Shown piece after piece: positions 13,701 through 28,151 of a stretch of DNA of 64,000 nucleotides (within the stretch, counting starts at the first letter, position 1; each line of letters begins with the position of its first letter). The notes under the pieces are model-generated. The model saw only the letters and a program-made list of their open reading frames with translations. It searched no databases and was not told where the DNA came from. Position numbers and translations under genes: made by a program. Source of the stretch: Bugula neritina (lineage: Eukaryota; Animalia; Bryozoa); contig OZ037765.1 of the NCBI GenBank assembly GCA_964035545.1, positions 13,464,698 through 13,528,697 on the forward strand. Reading direction: 5' to 3'.

Positions 13701-14249
13701 TAACTCTCTTAAATTGATTTTAATTATTAAGTGTGTGGTGAACAGTTTAAGATTAAAGCGCTTCCGAAATTGCACATCCTTTGCGAAAAACAGATGGTGG
13801 GGACTGTTCAAAATAAAAACTAGGAAAAGATATCTAATAATGGCTGAAATACCTACTTTTAAATATTTTGTACCTGTTTAATTTTCAAAGTGCATTATAA
13901 CCTTTATTTCAATCAGCTAAATTTTTTTCAGGTATTATTGAGTGGAGCCACTGAATGCCCAACAAAACCTAAAGGAAGACCTAGGAAGAACTCTTACTAC
14001 CCCACCAAAAGTCCTTCCCTTTCTGCAAAGGTGGAGCTGGCTCCAGCCCTTTCCCCTATGACTGTTGATAGCAGACAAAGCTCAGAAGATAGCTTGGAAC
14101 ATGAACATTCCAACTGCTGGGGTAGTTGTGAGGACAACTTCTCAGACGAGCAGCCGACCAAGATTCATCCTGACTCAGTTGACGACATTATAAATAACAA
14201 CCGTCTTTGTCAAAGACCGGAAAGTCCAACTATTTCAGTGACTGATTAA
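7797..14249 (+). CDS. BARX: BarX-family (NKL class) homeobox transcription factor, 3 exons, 286 aa
   Basis: Exons 7797-7995, 9839-10182, 13932-14249; GT-AG, phases consistent, 861 nt. eh1 motif SFLIKDIL and a poly-Ala run. Homeodomain [58 protein letters not shown] is followed by the BarX-diagnostic [27 protein letters not shown] at 14478. Confidence 0.93.
8646..8858. mobile_element. MULE-like MITE built of 15-bp GGTAAAAATGGCAC(A/T) units with a G-rich core
   Basis: Four tandem units (8653, 8668, 8683, 8698) plus one degenerate unit on the left, two inverted units on the right. Flanking direct repeat cttcaatac (8637-8645 and 8859-8867), extendable to 11 bp. Confidence 0.75.
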
Positions 14250-14683
14250 AGTTTTCTCTTATTTATCTTTGGTTATTTAATTCTCATTAATGCTGTCACC
14301 ATGGTTTTATTAGAGCCAAGTTACTTGATATTATGTAGTGCATTTTTATAATTACAACATTACTTTTATTTCATATATCCTTTTAATATATTATTTTTTC
14401 AATTATCACTTTTTTATTTAGTGTTACAAACGAAATTATTGTAATGCATTGTAGCCCTTGTAAGTTCTTAGATGAAAAATAAACTTAGCGAAATGTGCAA
14501 GTCTTGAGATGAACAATTGCCTGACACAAACTTAATGATACTTTCCTGGCAGCTTTTGTTTTTATTTATATAATTATTATAACGATAACTGCTTATTCCT
14601 ATAAATCATCAACTGAGGAGGTGCCCATATCTGAGTGAATGAATAGATTTTACACATGCATGTATTTACACCCGCGCACACAC

Positions 14684-14691
<8 letters not shown>

Positions 14692-14729
<38 letters not shown>
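14692..14729. repeat. (AT)n microsatellite
   Basis: Uninterrupted AT run preceded by a short (CA)n. Confidence 0.95.
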
Positions 14730-14735
<6 letters not shown>

Positions 14736-15627
14736 CACACGCTTTTTATTTTCATCTGTAACTCTTAGAATCAAACTTTCCGTGTTGACCAGAAAGTCCA
14801 ACTATTTTAGTGACTGTTTTACATCCTATCGAATTATAAAAAACATAAATGGTTTTTGTTATAACATTGAGCAGATTAAAACTGAAAGTTAACTCGTAAA
14901 GGCTAATTTAGAACTAGTGAAGAACACAACACAGAGCCCTGCATGACAGACAGTAAATAGCAAATCTAAGCGAATTGGGAGATACTAAATATTCATCAGA
15001 CCTTCAAAATACATACATAAAATGTACAGTGTCACCATAAAATGTTGAAATTTGTAATAAGTGAGGGGTTAAATAGCATTTTCTACAATTACATGGATAG
15101 CATTTTTACCATGTTCTGCTATTTGGTATCCTGTCATTTGTGACACAGTGTGCAACAGATTATTTTTTGCAAAAAAGTTCTAATTGTGGCCAGAGCTATG
15201 CTTTCTAACCCTAATGGTTGGCCCGAGACACCACAGTTGTTGGACACCAGCTACATTTGTGGCAAACTTTTTAGATTATAATATGCCCACCCAACATACT
15301 GTAAAAAATGAATTATCAGTAGGCAAAAAATGAGATGATAGAGTTTAAACAGTTCAACAGTTTATTTAAATAAATGTACATAAACAATAATCTCAGAGAC
15401 AAAATTGCATGAAAAATATAAAAAATACAGCAACGTGAACCCCCAAATAGAATAATGTTTATTAAGAATTATTAAATAGTATAGAAAGAATTTATATGTT
15501 ATGTACAACTTTATACACGTATTTCTACATTTAGGTGAAGTCTGAAGCTGTCACAATTTTGTTCTGCGAATAAGAATTAATACTATATCTGTACACATGA
15601 TGGATCCCAACATCAAACATAGTATTG

Positions 15628-15816
15628 TCACCGATTTTTAGCTTTAGGCTTAGATCTTGCTGCAGCTCTAGACTTATCGGAATTTGGAGGTTTTCTAGAA
15701 GACAACAGTGGGTGCACTTCTATAAAATAGTTTCAGAACAATTCATCAGCTATAGATAGCATTAACTTGGTAGCTAATATTAATAATAACAATAATGATA
15801 ACAATATATTGCACTC

Positions 15817-15888
<72 letters not shown>

Positions 15889-18800
15889 CACAAACTATAT
15901 TATATAATGCAACACAATTACAAGATCAGACTTTGAGCACTGAAACATAGTATGAGAACATAACATCTAAATTGAAATTGAGACTTGCCATCTGTGGGTG
16001 CTCCAGCTAAAGCAACATCCACAGGTTTTCCCTTTTTAGGGGCAGGGGCCTCCCTGATGGGACTGAGTTGGCGCTTCTCAGGTGTGTTGGCTGGGTCAGA
16101 CTACAAAGGCAGGAACACAATAGGTAATTTATACTTTGCAGAAGCAACCAAATACATGCTGGTTGTTAGCAAATCTGCTATAGCTTCTCTGTGCACCAGA
16201 ACTTATTTCGATAATATTACGTAACACTACATGACACTAAAACAATATGCATAGCTTTTTGAAAAACTGTTTTCACAAAAACAAGAGCAATGATGAATTA
16301 CAACAGTTAGAAACTAATATACCAGCAAATGATTTATTAAAATTAATTTTATGCATTAATGAGTAACAAGGAACAAGGTGAAGCTTCAGATTAGAGCTTT
16401 ACAATGCACCTGACATGCTCACTCATATATGCAACAGGTGCATTGTAGCCGTATAATATATTCTTAAAAAGTTGTGAAACTGGCTTCATTGGCTGCATTC
16501 ACCAGCTCCAATAATTATTCATAACACCAAAAAATTATCATTATAACTGTATAACAACGATAGCAAAACAATCAAAGAACAATTATCGTAATATTTTGCA
16601 AGAGGGTTATGAGTTGAGCACTGCAGTGTTTGCATTCCGAAGGTAAAGAGTAATATCTCATCAACACACTTCAAACATTCATAACATACTAAAATACTTA
16701 TCAAAGTTTTGCTCTCAGCACTAAGATATCAAAAACTGAATTAAATTGCTGAAAATGTTCAAATAGCTTTTTTATTTTAATAATATTAAATGAAACCTAA
16801 TAAATATTGGCTAGTGTTTAGTCCTGTAAGTTTTCTAGTAGCACCATAAAGTGACAAGAGAGAAAAATCCAACAAAACAGGTTTCATCCATCAAACATAT
16901 GTGGGCTCCTAATTTAGAACTTTTGCTGTTGTGTAAAACCTAATGTATGTGATTGTTTCACTGTTTCAATAAAATAGCAGGACGAAGGCCAATGCGTGGA
17001 AGAGTGAAGTAAAGATGATGGAAGCAATAAGGAGCAGTGAAAGCCTTCAAATAAAAGCAGCCAGCAAATCTAGTCTGAGAGACTATGACCAGGAAGATGA
17101 TATGATAACTTTTCACGAAACCCAACTGGATGTTAGCACTAAGCATAATGAAGGTAACTAAGCAATCCAGTAAATATACTGACATGACATGACTTTATCC
17201 GCTCTTGTAGTTGCTAGATATTTATTTCATGTAAGCACCAACGGAATACAGAGTAGCTCGTCACAGGTGTGACACAGAAAACTGCCTATATTATTTATGA
17301 AGTGTAAAAAAGTGTGATAACTAATAATGTAACAACAAAATTATAATAATTGCAACACTAGAATGAGTAACTTGCTATAATAGAGTGCAGATATGATATT
17401 ACTGTACTATTGTCTCAAATCAGTGGCAACAAATTAAAGTACAGAATGTGCAAATGTCCTTGTCAATGTTCTTACAGATGCACTAAAAAATATTTTTGTG
17501 AACCCCCTAATATTTTGCATGTCACCGTGTATAGGTGAAAAGCTCAAATTGCATTTCTCTATTTTCCTGATCAACTGATGATATTACAACTACTATGCAA
17601 ATGAGTCCTGTTCTTTTAAAGCAGATATAGAAACAAATTAGGCTTAATTAGAGTATAGAACCCACTGGAAAATATAAACCTGCTCTCTATACATCAGTCA
17701 GGCAAATATATCATATATACCATTTACTAATAATTAATAAAACTAAAATGGCCATAATTTGATGAGCTCAAAAATTTAATTATCATGCTGGATATAGTCT
17801 TTTTATAAGCACCAGCCATTATCCGATCAAAAAGTTAATGCTGAAGCCATAGCTGTGGTTAGTGTAATTTAAATTATACAATTATCACTGCAGGAGAAAA
17901 AAGTATTTACTTGAGTGCATGCAGGTTGTATGGTATCACACCAATATCCTATTTTATGAGACATGAAAATAGTGAAATACTGCAAATGTGCCACCATAAC
18001 TTGGGTAAGTATTAGCATTGTAAACTCCATAAGAAAAATTGACACTGCCTTACATTTTGAGTCTGCAAACAAATGCCCTGAACCATTCCATACAAGGTTG
18101 ATTGCATACATTAATAAGATATTGCAGCATCTGCTAATATTCCAGGGCTCCCAGAAATAAAATCACTTTGCATAGCTTTAGTTACCAACACAACGGTTGA
18201 GGTGCTAGATTTGGATGACAATGGTATAGACGCTCAAGGTTGCTCTTATGTGGCTGATATGTTAAAAGAAAATTACTTCATTACAGATTTGGTAAAAATA
18301 TTATGCTTATATTTAAAGGGAACATTGTGTATATTTTAAACCAATAATTGTAGTAATAATACATCAAAAACTTTGCTCATTTAAACCCAAAATGTTTCCA
18401 TTCATATTTTAGACTCTATCAAACAACCAAATTGGTGTGAAAGGAGCTATCGCGCTGTTTAATATTGCAGCACAAAGCGATTCCTTAATGAAGTTAGATG
18501 TTTCAGGAAATAATATTGGAGATTTAGCAGCCTCCGCCATTAGTGATGCAATTATAGAGAATAGGAGAATAACGGAGCTAAACCTAAGCAGAAATGGGCA
18601 AGTATCACCCAACCAAGACTTCCACTGCACGAAATGATGAAACTAAATCCTAATAATGCTACCAGACAATTACATATTACCATTTTGTAATAATCCCTAA
18701 CTTTTGGTAATACTGGCATTTTTGAACAATAATGTTGACTGCTGGAGGTAAGGATTGTTTGTTATCATGTGTAATTAGTTAATAGTATTTATGCTAAGTA

Positions 18801-21800
18801 AAACAAATGTTAGTAATTGAGTGGAAGTCTGTAATCATGATGGCCATTATATTACAGTAATGATGGTGTTCTATGGTGCCCAGTCACTGTTACAACTTCC
18901 TTAGCTTATAACATCATAAACCTAGATTACATTTTCCGTAAATATTTTATATCAATATACAGATTTAAATATCAAACATATAAGAGTTCCGCAACACATA
19001 GTAATGTAGACTAGAGCATCTATATGTCATACTTTTATATGTCCAACTAAAGTAATAAATTTGGTTTTAAAAAAACATTATGGAAAAGTTTGTCAAATTT
19101 CGCTCACTGCTTTTCTATGCATCGAAAGTCAAATGTGAGATATTGCAATGATTTTCGATAAGAGACTTCCCAGTGACTTCAATGCATGGAAAGGCAGTGG
19201 TTGTGACATGCTTTTACTTGTAGACTATACTCTATCTCAGGTTTGAAAGCAAAGGAGGCAGAGAATTTGGCAGGATGGTGTTGAACAATAGTAGACTTCT
19301 AAGGCTAGACCTCAGTGGCAACAGTTTGAGGGGGGAGGGAGCTATGGCCTTCTTTAAAGGTTTAAAAGTAGGCTATATCCTTTCAACTAATTTCAATTAT
19401 CAACAATGATTGGAGAGACAATCTTGCAAAAAATTGAACAAATTAGTTTAAAAAAAACTTTTCCTACAAATAAAAAAAGTAAATCTATGTAAAACATTAC
19501 AGAAAAATGAAGGACTAAAATATGTCAATTTCGCCAATAATGGAATAGGGATAGAGGCATGTGCAGAGCTGGGTAAAACACTCAAAGACAACTTGATACT
19601 ACAAGAAATAGACGTGACAAACAACAGAATACCCCTGGCAGGTGCTCTGCTTCTTGCCAAAGCCTTGAAAAGCAACACAACACTGAGATTTATTGATGTG
19701 AGTGAAAAGTACGATGGCAACTGGTCACACAACATTAATATAAGCTAGTGTCATATTTCATGTTGTTGTGAAACCAACAAAAAATATTTGCAATAAAATT
19801 CATGACATGAAAACTAAAAAGTGCCCTGGTGTTGTTTCAGCTGTCCAGAAACACAGTTCTTGCCCAGGGATGTTTGGTAATACTGGAGGCATTGAGTGAC
19901 AACCCAGCGAGTGCACTGAGATTTCTGTCCTTCGGCTCTACCATGGTTAGTCAGCAATTCATAAAGATGCAAGAAATAATTGAGGTGAGCATTAACTTTT
20001 ATTTCCAATAAAATTACAATAAGCATATTTTAAATGTTTTTACAAACCACTAATTTTTGTGTCTGGCTAAATATGTTTTTCATAATGTCATTTACAATAC
20101 AAAGTTTAGCTAAACTGAATATTTTCAAGTACTGAAAGCATGGTATGATACATGTGTACATTAAATGGGAATTAATATACTATCTGAGACATGACTTATA
20201 AAATGTGTACAGAAAGAGAAACATCTTCTGATTAGACATGGAGGAGTAGAAGAGAGTTGGAAGTATAAGCCTAAACAAGTATCAGACTTGAGAGACGCTC
20301 TCTCCTTCCTCAACAATGAAGAATGCAAGCATTTAGCTAAGCAGTTGGACGGAGAAACCGGAGGAATAACAAGGAAGACAACTCTACTAACATTAACCAA
20401 AGTAATTACCAAGTGTGGTTGGCTTAGCAGTTGCTCAGAAATAATAAATAGAGCCAAACAGGCAGTGAAATTCGGAACAATTGATTACTCTGGTTTGATC
20501 AATGACCAGTGATAGCTAGAGGAGGCCAATAATGCAGACAAATGATATGTAATTTATTTCACTCAAGTTCATGCATTACAACTCTTTCTAGTAGACATTT
20601 CTTACCATATCTATCTTCTTGCAATGAATTTTTTTTGTGTTTAATATAACCCAGGCACTTGAAGCAAATTTTGTGCCCACAAAAATTTACGATATAATTT
20701 AATTAAATAGTGTTTCAACATTATACAACATCCCTGATTCATACTGTAACAACATGCTATAATTAGCCTATATGTGCACCAGTTTCTACAATAGTATACA
20801 GCATACAATATGAAATAGCTATATTTTACCACATTTAGAAGAGTATCCTCAGGGTCCTCCACCTCAGGAGCTATGGGGAGGTAGAGTAGACACCCTTTGT
20901 CTTCGTCCTCCTCATCACTGCTTACAAATGCTAATATTTTCTCGCATGTAGTGACATCTACATCCAGGTCTTCTACTTCAGCTTCACCTAAATATAAGCA
21001 CTTCACAATTATAACTTCACCAACACAAGCTTTGTACAATGTATGTATGCTGACAGAATCATGGTAAACTAGCATATACACACTTATTGTTGAGTCAAAG
21101 TTTGCCATAAGTGTATTATGCGAATATTCTAAGAAAACGTATGGCAGAGTGATTGCTAAAAAAAACAGGCTCGGGAAAAGTAAGGAAAAAGAGCATTTTA
21201 TCAGACTAATAAAATCAGTGGAGTGAATTACCCCGAGATTACATAATTCAAAAAGGGTTAAAGCTATTCTGTGTTTAAACCTCTGTTCAGAATGACATGT
21301 AAAAAACGAGACTATTTTGTCCAATAAGAATGTAGCTCTTTATACAAGTTCATTGAAATTACACCAATCTAACGAGAATTTCTCTCAGATGCTAAGCTAT
21401 TCTTTTTTAAAATATGTGCAGCTCAACATGAGTTGACTACACATACTCTAAGATAGATAAAAAGGCATGGTACACCTTGCCTAATAGAATAAATTGAAAC
21501 TTGCATAGAAAAAGTCAACAACAGAAATTTTATAAAATAATATACATATTCAAGTTCAAGATAATTCATACCTAAAACAGGCAGTTACCATTATATTAAA
21601 ACATTTTAAGTTCATTAGAAAGACTGAATAGCCAGAAACAAGAGGCAGACAACTTGAAACTATTTTAGCCAAACTGCCCAATTCAATATTATGGTAGCTC
21701 AAACTATTGTAGATTTGTTTAGCTAAATAACAGTAAAAAAAGCATTGGCAAATTTACTGTTGTGAGCTAACAATTTATAGACCTCAAAAAGGAAATAAAT

Positions 21801-24800
21801 CTTTTTAATTGTAAGGCAACATTGTTATAACTGAGTAGTTATTTTCTCACGTGGAATTTTCATTCGAGTGGCCTGACGTACTAGCATAAAAATAATTTCT
21901 GAATGCTTGTGGACTAAAAGCAATAAATAATAATTATATTGAAAATAAAAACCCCTAAAATTCTAACAGCTGTGCTCTATAATACACAAATTTATATCAA
22001 GCTATCTGCACTAAAATTTAGAGAAGTTGCTCTACAATGTTAACCTTTGTTTTCCTGCACACTAAGATCTTCATCTTCCAGATCAAACTCTCCTTCCTTT
22101 TCTTCGTATTCCACGTTCTCATCCAACTCTTTAAAGTCAGGGGCAAAGGCACTCCAGTTCTCAACCTGGTTATGGGCCCATATCGAGACCACACCTCCAG
22201 AAACAGAGCATACTATTGGCCGAATAGGATGCCACTGTAATATATTCATATAAATGTTTCAGACCAATGAAAATTAATGTAACATAAAATTATGTTCAAG
22301 ATATAAAATGTTGAGAAATATAGGCTAGCTGTACACTTTTAGGTCTGAATGGTGGGGTCACTAGAAAAGAAGTTAATAATTGCTAACTTACTAAAATAGG
22401 TAGTACTGAGATATTTGACTTGATAAAAATGGAAACCATAAAAAACATAGAGGCATGGCAAATGAACTGGATATTATTGCATTTCCGATATGATTATTAT
22501 TTTGAATTTGTGTGCCCTTGTTTTAATATTTATGCTTTGTGACAGGGGAGAAAATAACAAAAAAAATGATGATATGAACTGATGAAGATGATTAGATTAT
22601 ACTACAAGTCCAAGTTACAATTTGCATCTAACTATTGTTGGTCATAGCTGATGTAAATGCCCACACACAATGTCCGTCAAGTAGGTAGGCCCTATGACTT
22701 GCAATGAACTTTTAGTAAACATCTTCAACAATCTACCACTACAAACTAACCACTACATCCAACAGAAGTTCTCCTTTAGCACCAGACAATATCTTGACAA
22801 GATTTCCCACAGCTTTCTCCCAGATATATAGTGAGTGTTGTTTAGCGGATCCGGCAACTATGTATTCCCCATCCCCAGAGAAGCAGCATTTCTTCCACAA
22901 AGTTCTGCAGAGGGAATTATTGTAAAGTTATTTACATGCAGATAATGCAATAGGGCAGTCTGTCATTCAGCTACATGCACACCAAACATTCCTTGTAAAC
23001 AAGTTAGGGGAACACTTTATCCTTTTTAGAATATAAACTTGAATAAATTTGAATGATATGATACAGTAAGATACATGTAGGGAGTTTTCTTCAAACAGAT
23101 GTTAAAAGTTGGAATAGAATATGAAAGTGCTACACTAAAAAAAGAATAGGGCATTTTTATGGTTCAGTTTACACAAACAAGAAAACAGCTTAGTATCTGA
23201 CCACACAATTACCTCTTTTAAACAGTTGGGTTTGAATTGATTTGTAACTCACTTATTAACAAGATCCTGCAGTTTCTGTATTGGCTCTGGTTCACCATTT
23301 TTACCGCATGCTAAAATTTCTCCCTCTTCGTAAACTCGAATTATTCTGTCAGCGGAGTTGATAAGCAGGCAGCTAAATTATATATAAATATATAAATATT
23401 TAAATATATATATATATATATATATGCATAGGTTATGCTGAATGGTATGCTGATGACTGCTGTTATAATAGAACTGATACAATTTTAAAGGTAAAGGTCA
23501 TCCTACTCTATATTATTATAATAAAATAACAAATTAATTTTATTAATAAACCTAATTAAATAAATTCGTTTGAAATCACAATACAATTATTACATTTACT
23601 CCAAGTTTGTAATCAATTTAGCCCACTTTTGTTGGAGGCAGATTCTCCTTTCCTAAAGCCATAATATAAAACTGGTAGATATATTGAATCGAACCCGCTT
23701 ATAGGTATATGAATGCACACAGTATACTATGACAGTGCTTGTCTAAGGCAATAAAGTAAATAAAGTATAGTATAAAAACATTACAATGGTAGAGCATATA
23801 TCAACAAACAGGTAGCGTAAACAGCAACCAATCACATACCTTCCTCTTCTAGCAAACTCTATAGATTTGACGGCAGCAGTGAGATTGTGTGAGAGTCTAA
23901 ATGAAGCGGTCAGCTGCATGTCTTCATCTTTGAACACCATGATGCGCCCACGTTCATTGCCAGTAAATATATAGTCACCTCTCCTGTTGTATGAAGCCAC
24001 CACATTCTTTTGATCTGTCTGACACTATGGGCAAAAAGTGGCAGTACATGGTATAGATACACACAACCAGCAGCAAATAAACTGTCAATAATATTATTTT
24101 CTAAATAATGCATGATTGCTTAATACTATACAACACGGAATTGAATTACAAAATTTACTATATAATTTTGAACAACTGGCTGTTAGATAGGTACAGGTAA
24201 TAAAATGATTAGATATAACTACAAGGAGATTAACATTTTTAGTGAATATTGCAGGTCGAAGAGATTCAGCAATACTTACCTCCTCATCAAGTGGTATGAC
24301 GGTTGGCTCCTTTGAGTTGATATCTATGAGAACTGCAGCATGTTTCATTGGACACACAAGAAATTTGTCTCTAGAAATCAAAATGAAAAATAAAAGCAGA
24401 TAACTAATATGATTAAATGTCTAAATATTTGTTGAGGTAAACTAGCCAACATACAAGTGGACAAGGTCTAAGCAAAAGGTTGAGAATTTTAGAATTGCTT
24501 TAATATGAAGTGTCATTTTAAGAGCTGATTAAAACTTGTTGTTCCGAGATAAAAATAAGTTTGGAAACTCTTGTGATAGTCGGCATTCTAAAAATAATGC
24601 TCTAATAATAGTTTTAATAGTCATCATTCTAATATGGGAAACAGTCAGCATTTGACTTAAAAATAAAACAGTTTGAGCAATTGTAACCATGACTTACTAT
24701 TACTATGAATCACTTTTATTTTTATTTCATTTATTTCCAACTATTTATGATTCTATTGAACAAATTTAAAGTTGAGAGAAATTCTGATAAGCTTTTGCTG

Positions 24801-26301
24801 AATTAAAAATAATAAAAATCCAAGACAATCGACCTAGTTTTTGTGTGAAAAGCTTTGTAAAGGCAAACCTAATCTTTGTGGCAAATGGCAATCTCAAATG
24901 ACATGACCATAGACTGAATATGCAGAATAATCGACTAAACTAATTGCAAGCATTGCTACTCTGTTGCAAGTTATTTTACACAGTTCTGCGGCCAAGTTGA
25001 ATTAGTTGGAAATAAAATTTTGAAACAATAAAAACCCTCAATTTGCTCAGCTTAAAACTTTGATCTAAAATGTGTATCCAAGTATGTCTTGTTTAGCAAT
25101 GAGAGTAACTTTGATTGTAAAGTCAGCACTCGCTCTGATTGGCTAAAACCAGGCAGCCATAGTTAGCACATTTGCATATAACAAATAAAACGCAGTAAAA
25201 CTTGTTTAAAAAACAAATAGTTTTTAGACAAACACTCCAAACTATAGATACAGTGCCCATTTCATATAAATATAACTTTAAAATATGAATAATCACTTAC
25301 TCATTTCTTGGATGAAACTGCACTTTCAAAACAGGTGATGGAAAGCGATATGTGTGTAAGCAATCACCGGTCATAACATTCCATACGGAGACTACATTGT
25401 CTATGGATGCTGACAGCAACTTGTAACCATCTCTATTGAAACTGCAAGAGAGAATACAAATAGAAAGGCAAAGTGACCTAACAATTTATTTGTAGTAATG
25501 TAACAACTTTTATATATTTACGCAAACTCATAGCTACAGCAAATCTTGGGAAATGTTTAGATAGTATATACAATGCATTATGACTATAGCCACCATCAAC
25601 TGCGGCATTAAAAGTAAATCATTTTTAAATTTTTAAATGCAATCTTCATATACCAATCAGTATTAAATATTAGAATGTTTTATAAATAGCATGTCTCACA
25701 CACATAAGCTTTTACCGAGTTAAGCAATACCTGAGCGAACAGACCGGATGCACATGAGCAGATATTAGTTTAGCAATGCCTCTAGTGAGAAAGTCCCAAA
25801 CAACAATTCTCCCGTCATTACAACCAACAGCTAACAAAGTTCCTCTTCGATTGAATGTGCAGGTTATTGCAACACTAACAGAGTCTAGCATGCCATCTGA
25901 TTCCTGTTCATGTAATTACACGCACTCCAAAAGTAAGTTATTGCTCAACATATGTCCTTTGTATAAAAATATAAATTCAAAACAACTTTGTTGAAAGTAA
26001 GAACACATCTAATTATTCATAAAGTAAAAGCTATGTGATTCTGAAAAAAATTACTGTAAAGTTGTAACTCTAACATGATTTTTTAAATAAGCATAGACAA
26101 AATAAAAATAACTGTAATCGTCTCACCTCAGGGTAGTTCTGTCCAAATGTTTCTACAATTTCAACAGCAGTGCACGCATCACTTACATGTAGCAGTATAA
26201 GTAAAAGATATACATAACTTGTGACGAAAGGTTAAAGCTATAAAACACAAAAGTTATCATAGTAAGTTAAAAATTTACATACCTAGCAATTCCAGGTTCA
26301 T
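15628..26301 (-). CDS. RBBP5: Retinoblastoma-binding protein 5 (COMPASS/MLL WRAD subunit, WD40), 12 exons, 484 aa
   Basis: Exons 26283-26301, 26127-26152, 25731-25903, 25301-25441, 24280-24370, 23840-24018, 23253-23372, 22751-22904, 22045-22234, 20830-20987, 15989-16100, 15628-15719 (1455 nt, in frame). Peptides MNLELLETFGQNYPEE, LAVGCNDGRIVVWDFLTRGIAK, WSAFAPDFKELDENVEYEEKEGEFDLEDED, LLYLPIAPEVEDPE, GAPTDEVHPLL. Intron 11 uses a GC donor. Confidence 0.95.
15820..15885. repeat. (AT)n microsatellite in the last RBBP5 intron
   Basis: About 33 AT units. Confidence 0.95.
17015..20512 (+). CDS. LRRC74: LRRC74-like leucine-rich-repeat protein nested antisense in RBBP5 intron 10, 8 exons, about 448 aa
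   Basis: Exons 17015-17153 (start uncertain; the exon is open from an acceptor at 16980), 17894-18004, 18146-18291, 18413-18597, 19241-19367, 19503-19697, 19841-19984, 20213-20512 (1347 nt, in frame). IYLSACRLYGITPISYF..HHNLG and IALVTNTTVEVLDLDDNGI..YVADMLKENYFITDL match the LRRC74A/B N-terminus; RI-type LRRs follow. Confidence 0.8.
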
Positions 26302-26739
26302 TTTGATACAAATCCAACAATCTAAAACAACCAAAGTTATAAAGCTCATACATAAATTATCAACGGCCCGTCTTCATAAACTATAATGCACAGCTTGTCC
26401 AAGCTTTATTATAAAGACAATTCATCTAAAGTTACCTTCACTGAGTTTTCCAAAAGAAACTGTAACAGTTTTAGAACCTTTATCAGCTATGCGGATTAAC
26501 TATATTAAACAGAATTCACACTTGCCATCATAACTACATCAGCTCAATCATTTAATGTATACTATGGTATCACATGTACATTTTTCAACTTTTCTTTTGC
26601 AAAACCGTTGGTATTAGTGTATGTTACTATATTACTAAAGCTGTTTTTCATCAGGCAACATACATTATCAATTATTTAAAAGTGCCATTTTTGATATAAC
26701 TCTTACTTTTTGTTTGTGAGCAAACAAATAATATTCTTA

Positions 26740-27170
26740 TTAGTATTACTAATTAGTAATTATTAAAACTGTAAAAGTGAAATTAAATAATAACTTAAAA
26801 AAAATGATAATAATAAATTTAATAATAATATTTCATTTCTTATTTAATTTTAATGAAGACAATTATATTTATTTCATTATAATTACTATTAGTATTACTA
26901 ATACTAATAGTATTAGTATTACTATTAGTATTAGTATTACTATTACAATAATATCATTCGTATTAATATTTTAATTTGATTTAATTTAATAAACAACTCA
27001 TAGTCATAGTTAATGTCATTAAATAATTATAATAAATTAATTAATATTAATTAATATCATTATATTTATTAAAAATAAAAATTGATTTATTCCAATTCAT
27101 AATGATAACCATAATCATAATGATATTGATATATTCTGAAATTAAGTCTTTATACTTATAGTCATAACTT
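26740..27170. repeat. Low-complexity AT-rich (TATTAG/TAA) tract between the RBBP5 and b5-reductase starts
   Basis: attactattagtattactaatactaatagtattagtattactattagtattagtattac. A similar tract lies at about 28190-28700. Confidence 0.65.
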
Positions 27171-27412
27171 TATCAGTTTATGGCCATAAGAACAATTATT
27201 GACTTTGAGTATTGACTGATAGAAAAAACCCACGGTGACTGTGACAGTGAGTGAGTGAGTGACACACTGAGTCTGAGGCAGAATTTGATAATCGTTGGAA
27301 GCGGGTTTGTTACTATCAGAACTGAGAAAAATGGTTGCGAAAGTTGAAACAAAATGTGGTTTAGCCTGAAATCAAAGGGCGGACAAAAAGTAATCTGCTC
27401 AGTGATTAGAAC

Positions 27413-27452
27413 CACTGAACTGAAACTATAAGTTATAGGTTATAGTTCAATG
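27413..27452. mobile_element. 40-bp hAT-like micro-element, second copy (opposite orientation to 3326-3361)
   Basis: CACTGAAC...GTTCAATG termini with a perfect 8-bp TSD attagaac (27405-27412 and 27453-27460). Confidence 0.7.
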
Positions 27453-28151
27453 ATTAGAACCACTGCAACGCTGCTACTCAACGCATTCCAGTAAAATTGG
27501 CCTATTCTAAGTAGGGTGCCAATTAAATACATTTTCTGAAAAAATTAATTTAGGCTGATATTATATTGTTCATTATCTAATGATTAATTTAATTGTTAAT
27601 TATTATTAAATACTGCAACTACAATAAAATACACAAATAATTTTTTTAGCCTAAGCGCAGTTTTTAGTTTGTTCATCAAAGACGAACGCCTTGTACCCCG
27701 ACTTTGCAGAAGCAGAACAATCTATTGCATTATTATTGTTGTTATGTGTGTGTGTGGGATAACTCCATTAATATAGTTCTACCTCCATAGCCACCCACCA
27801 AACGCCAGGACACCGGAAAATTGTAACATACTCGTCTGGCAGTGTCTCGCGTGGTTAGTATGATTGCAATAACATAGTTTTTGTTTTTTAATTGCAATAT
27901 GTGCTGTCAATTGCAAAAACTTCATTCCACTTTAAATTTATTTCAACTAAACTGCAAGTAATATTACAGTCAGACCAGTGACCACTTTCAATGTGAAACT
28001 GAGTGTGACTGTCGCTCACTCCGCAGTCTCAGTCTGAATCACTGTGGAGATACGTTGATGCTTTGGCCTAATTATATTTTTTTATAAAATGTTATTATAA
28101 TCATTTCTGTTTTTATTCTTAGGACTTCTGGAGACTGTAAAATAAACAATA

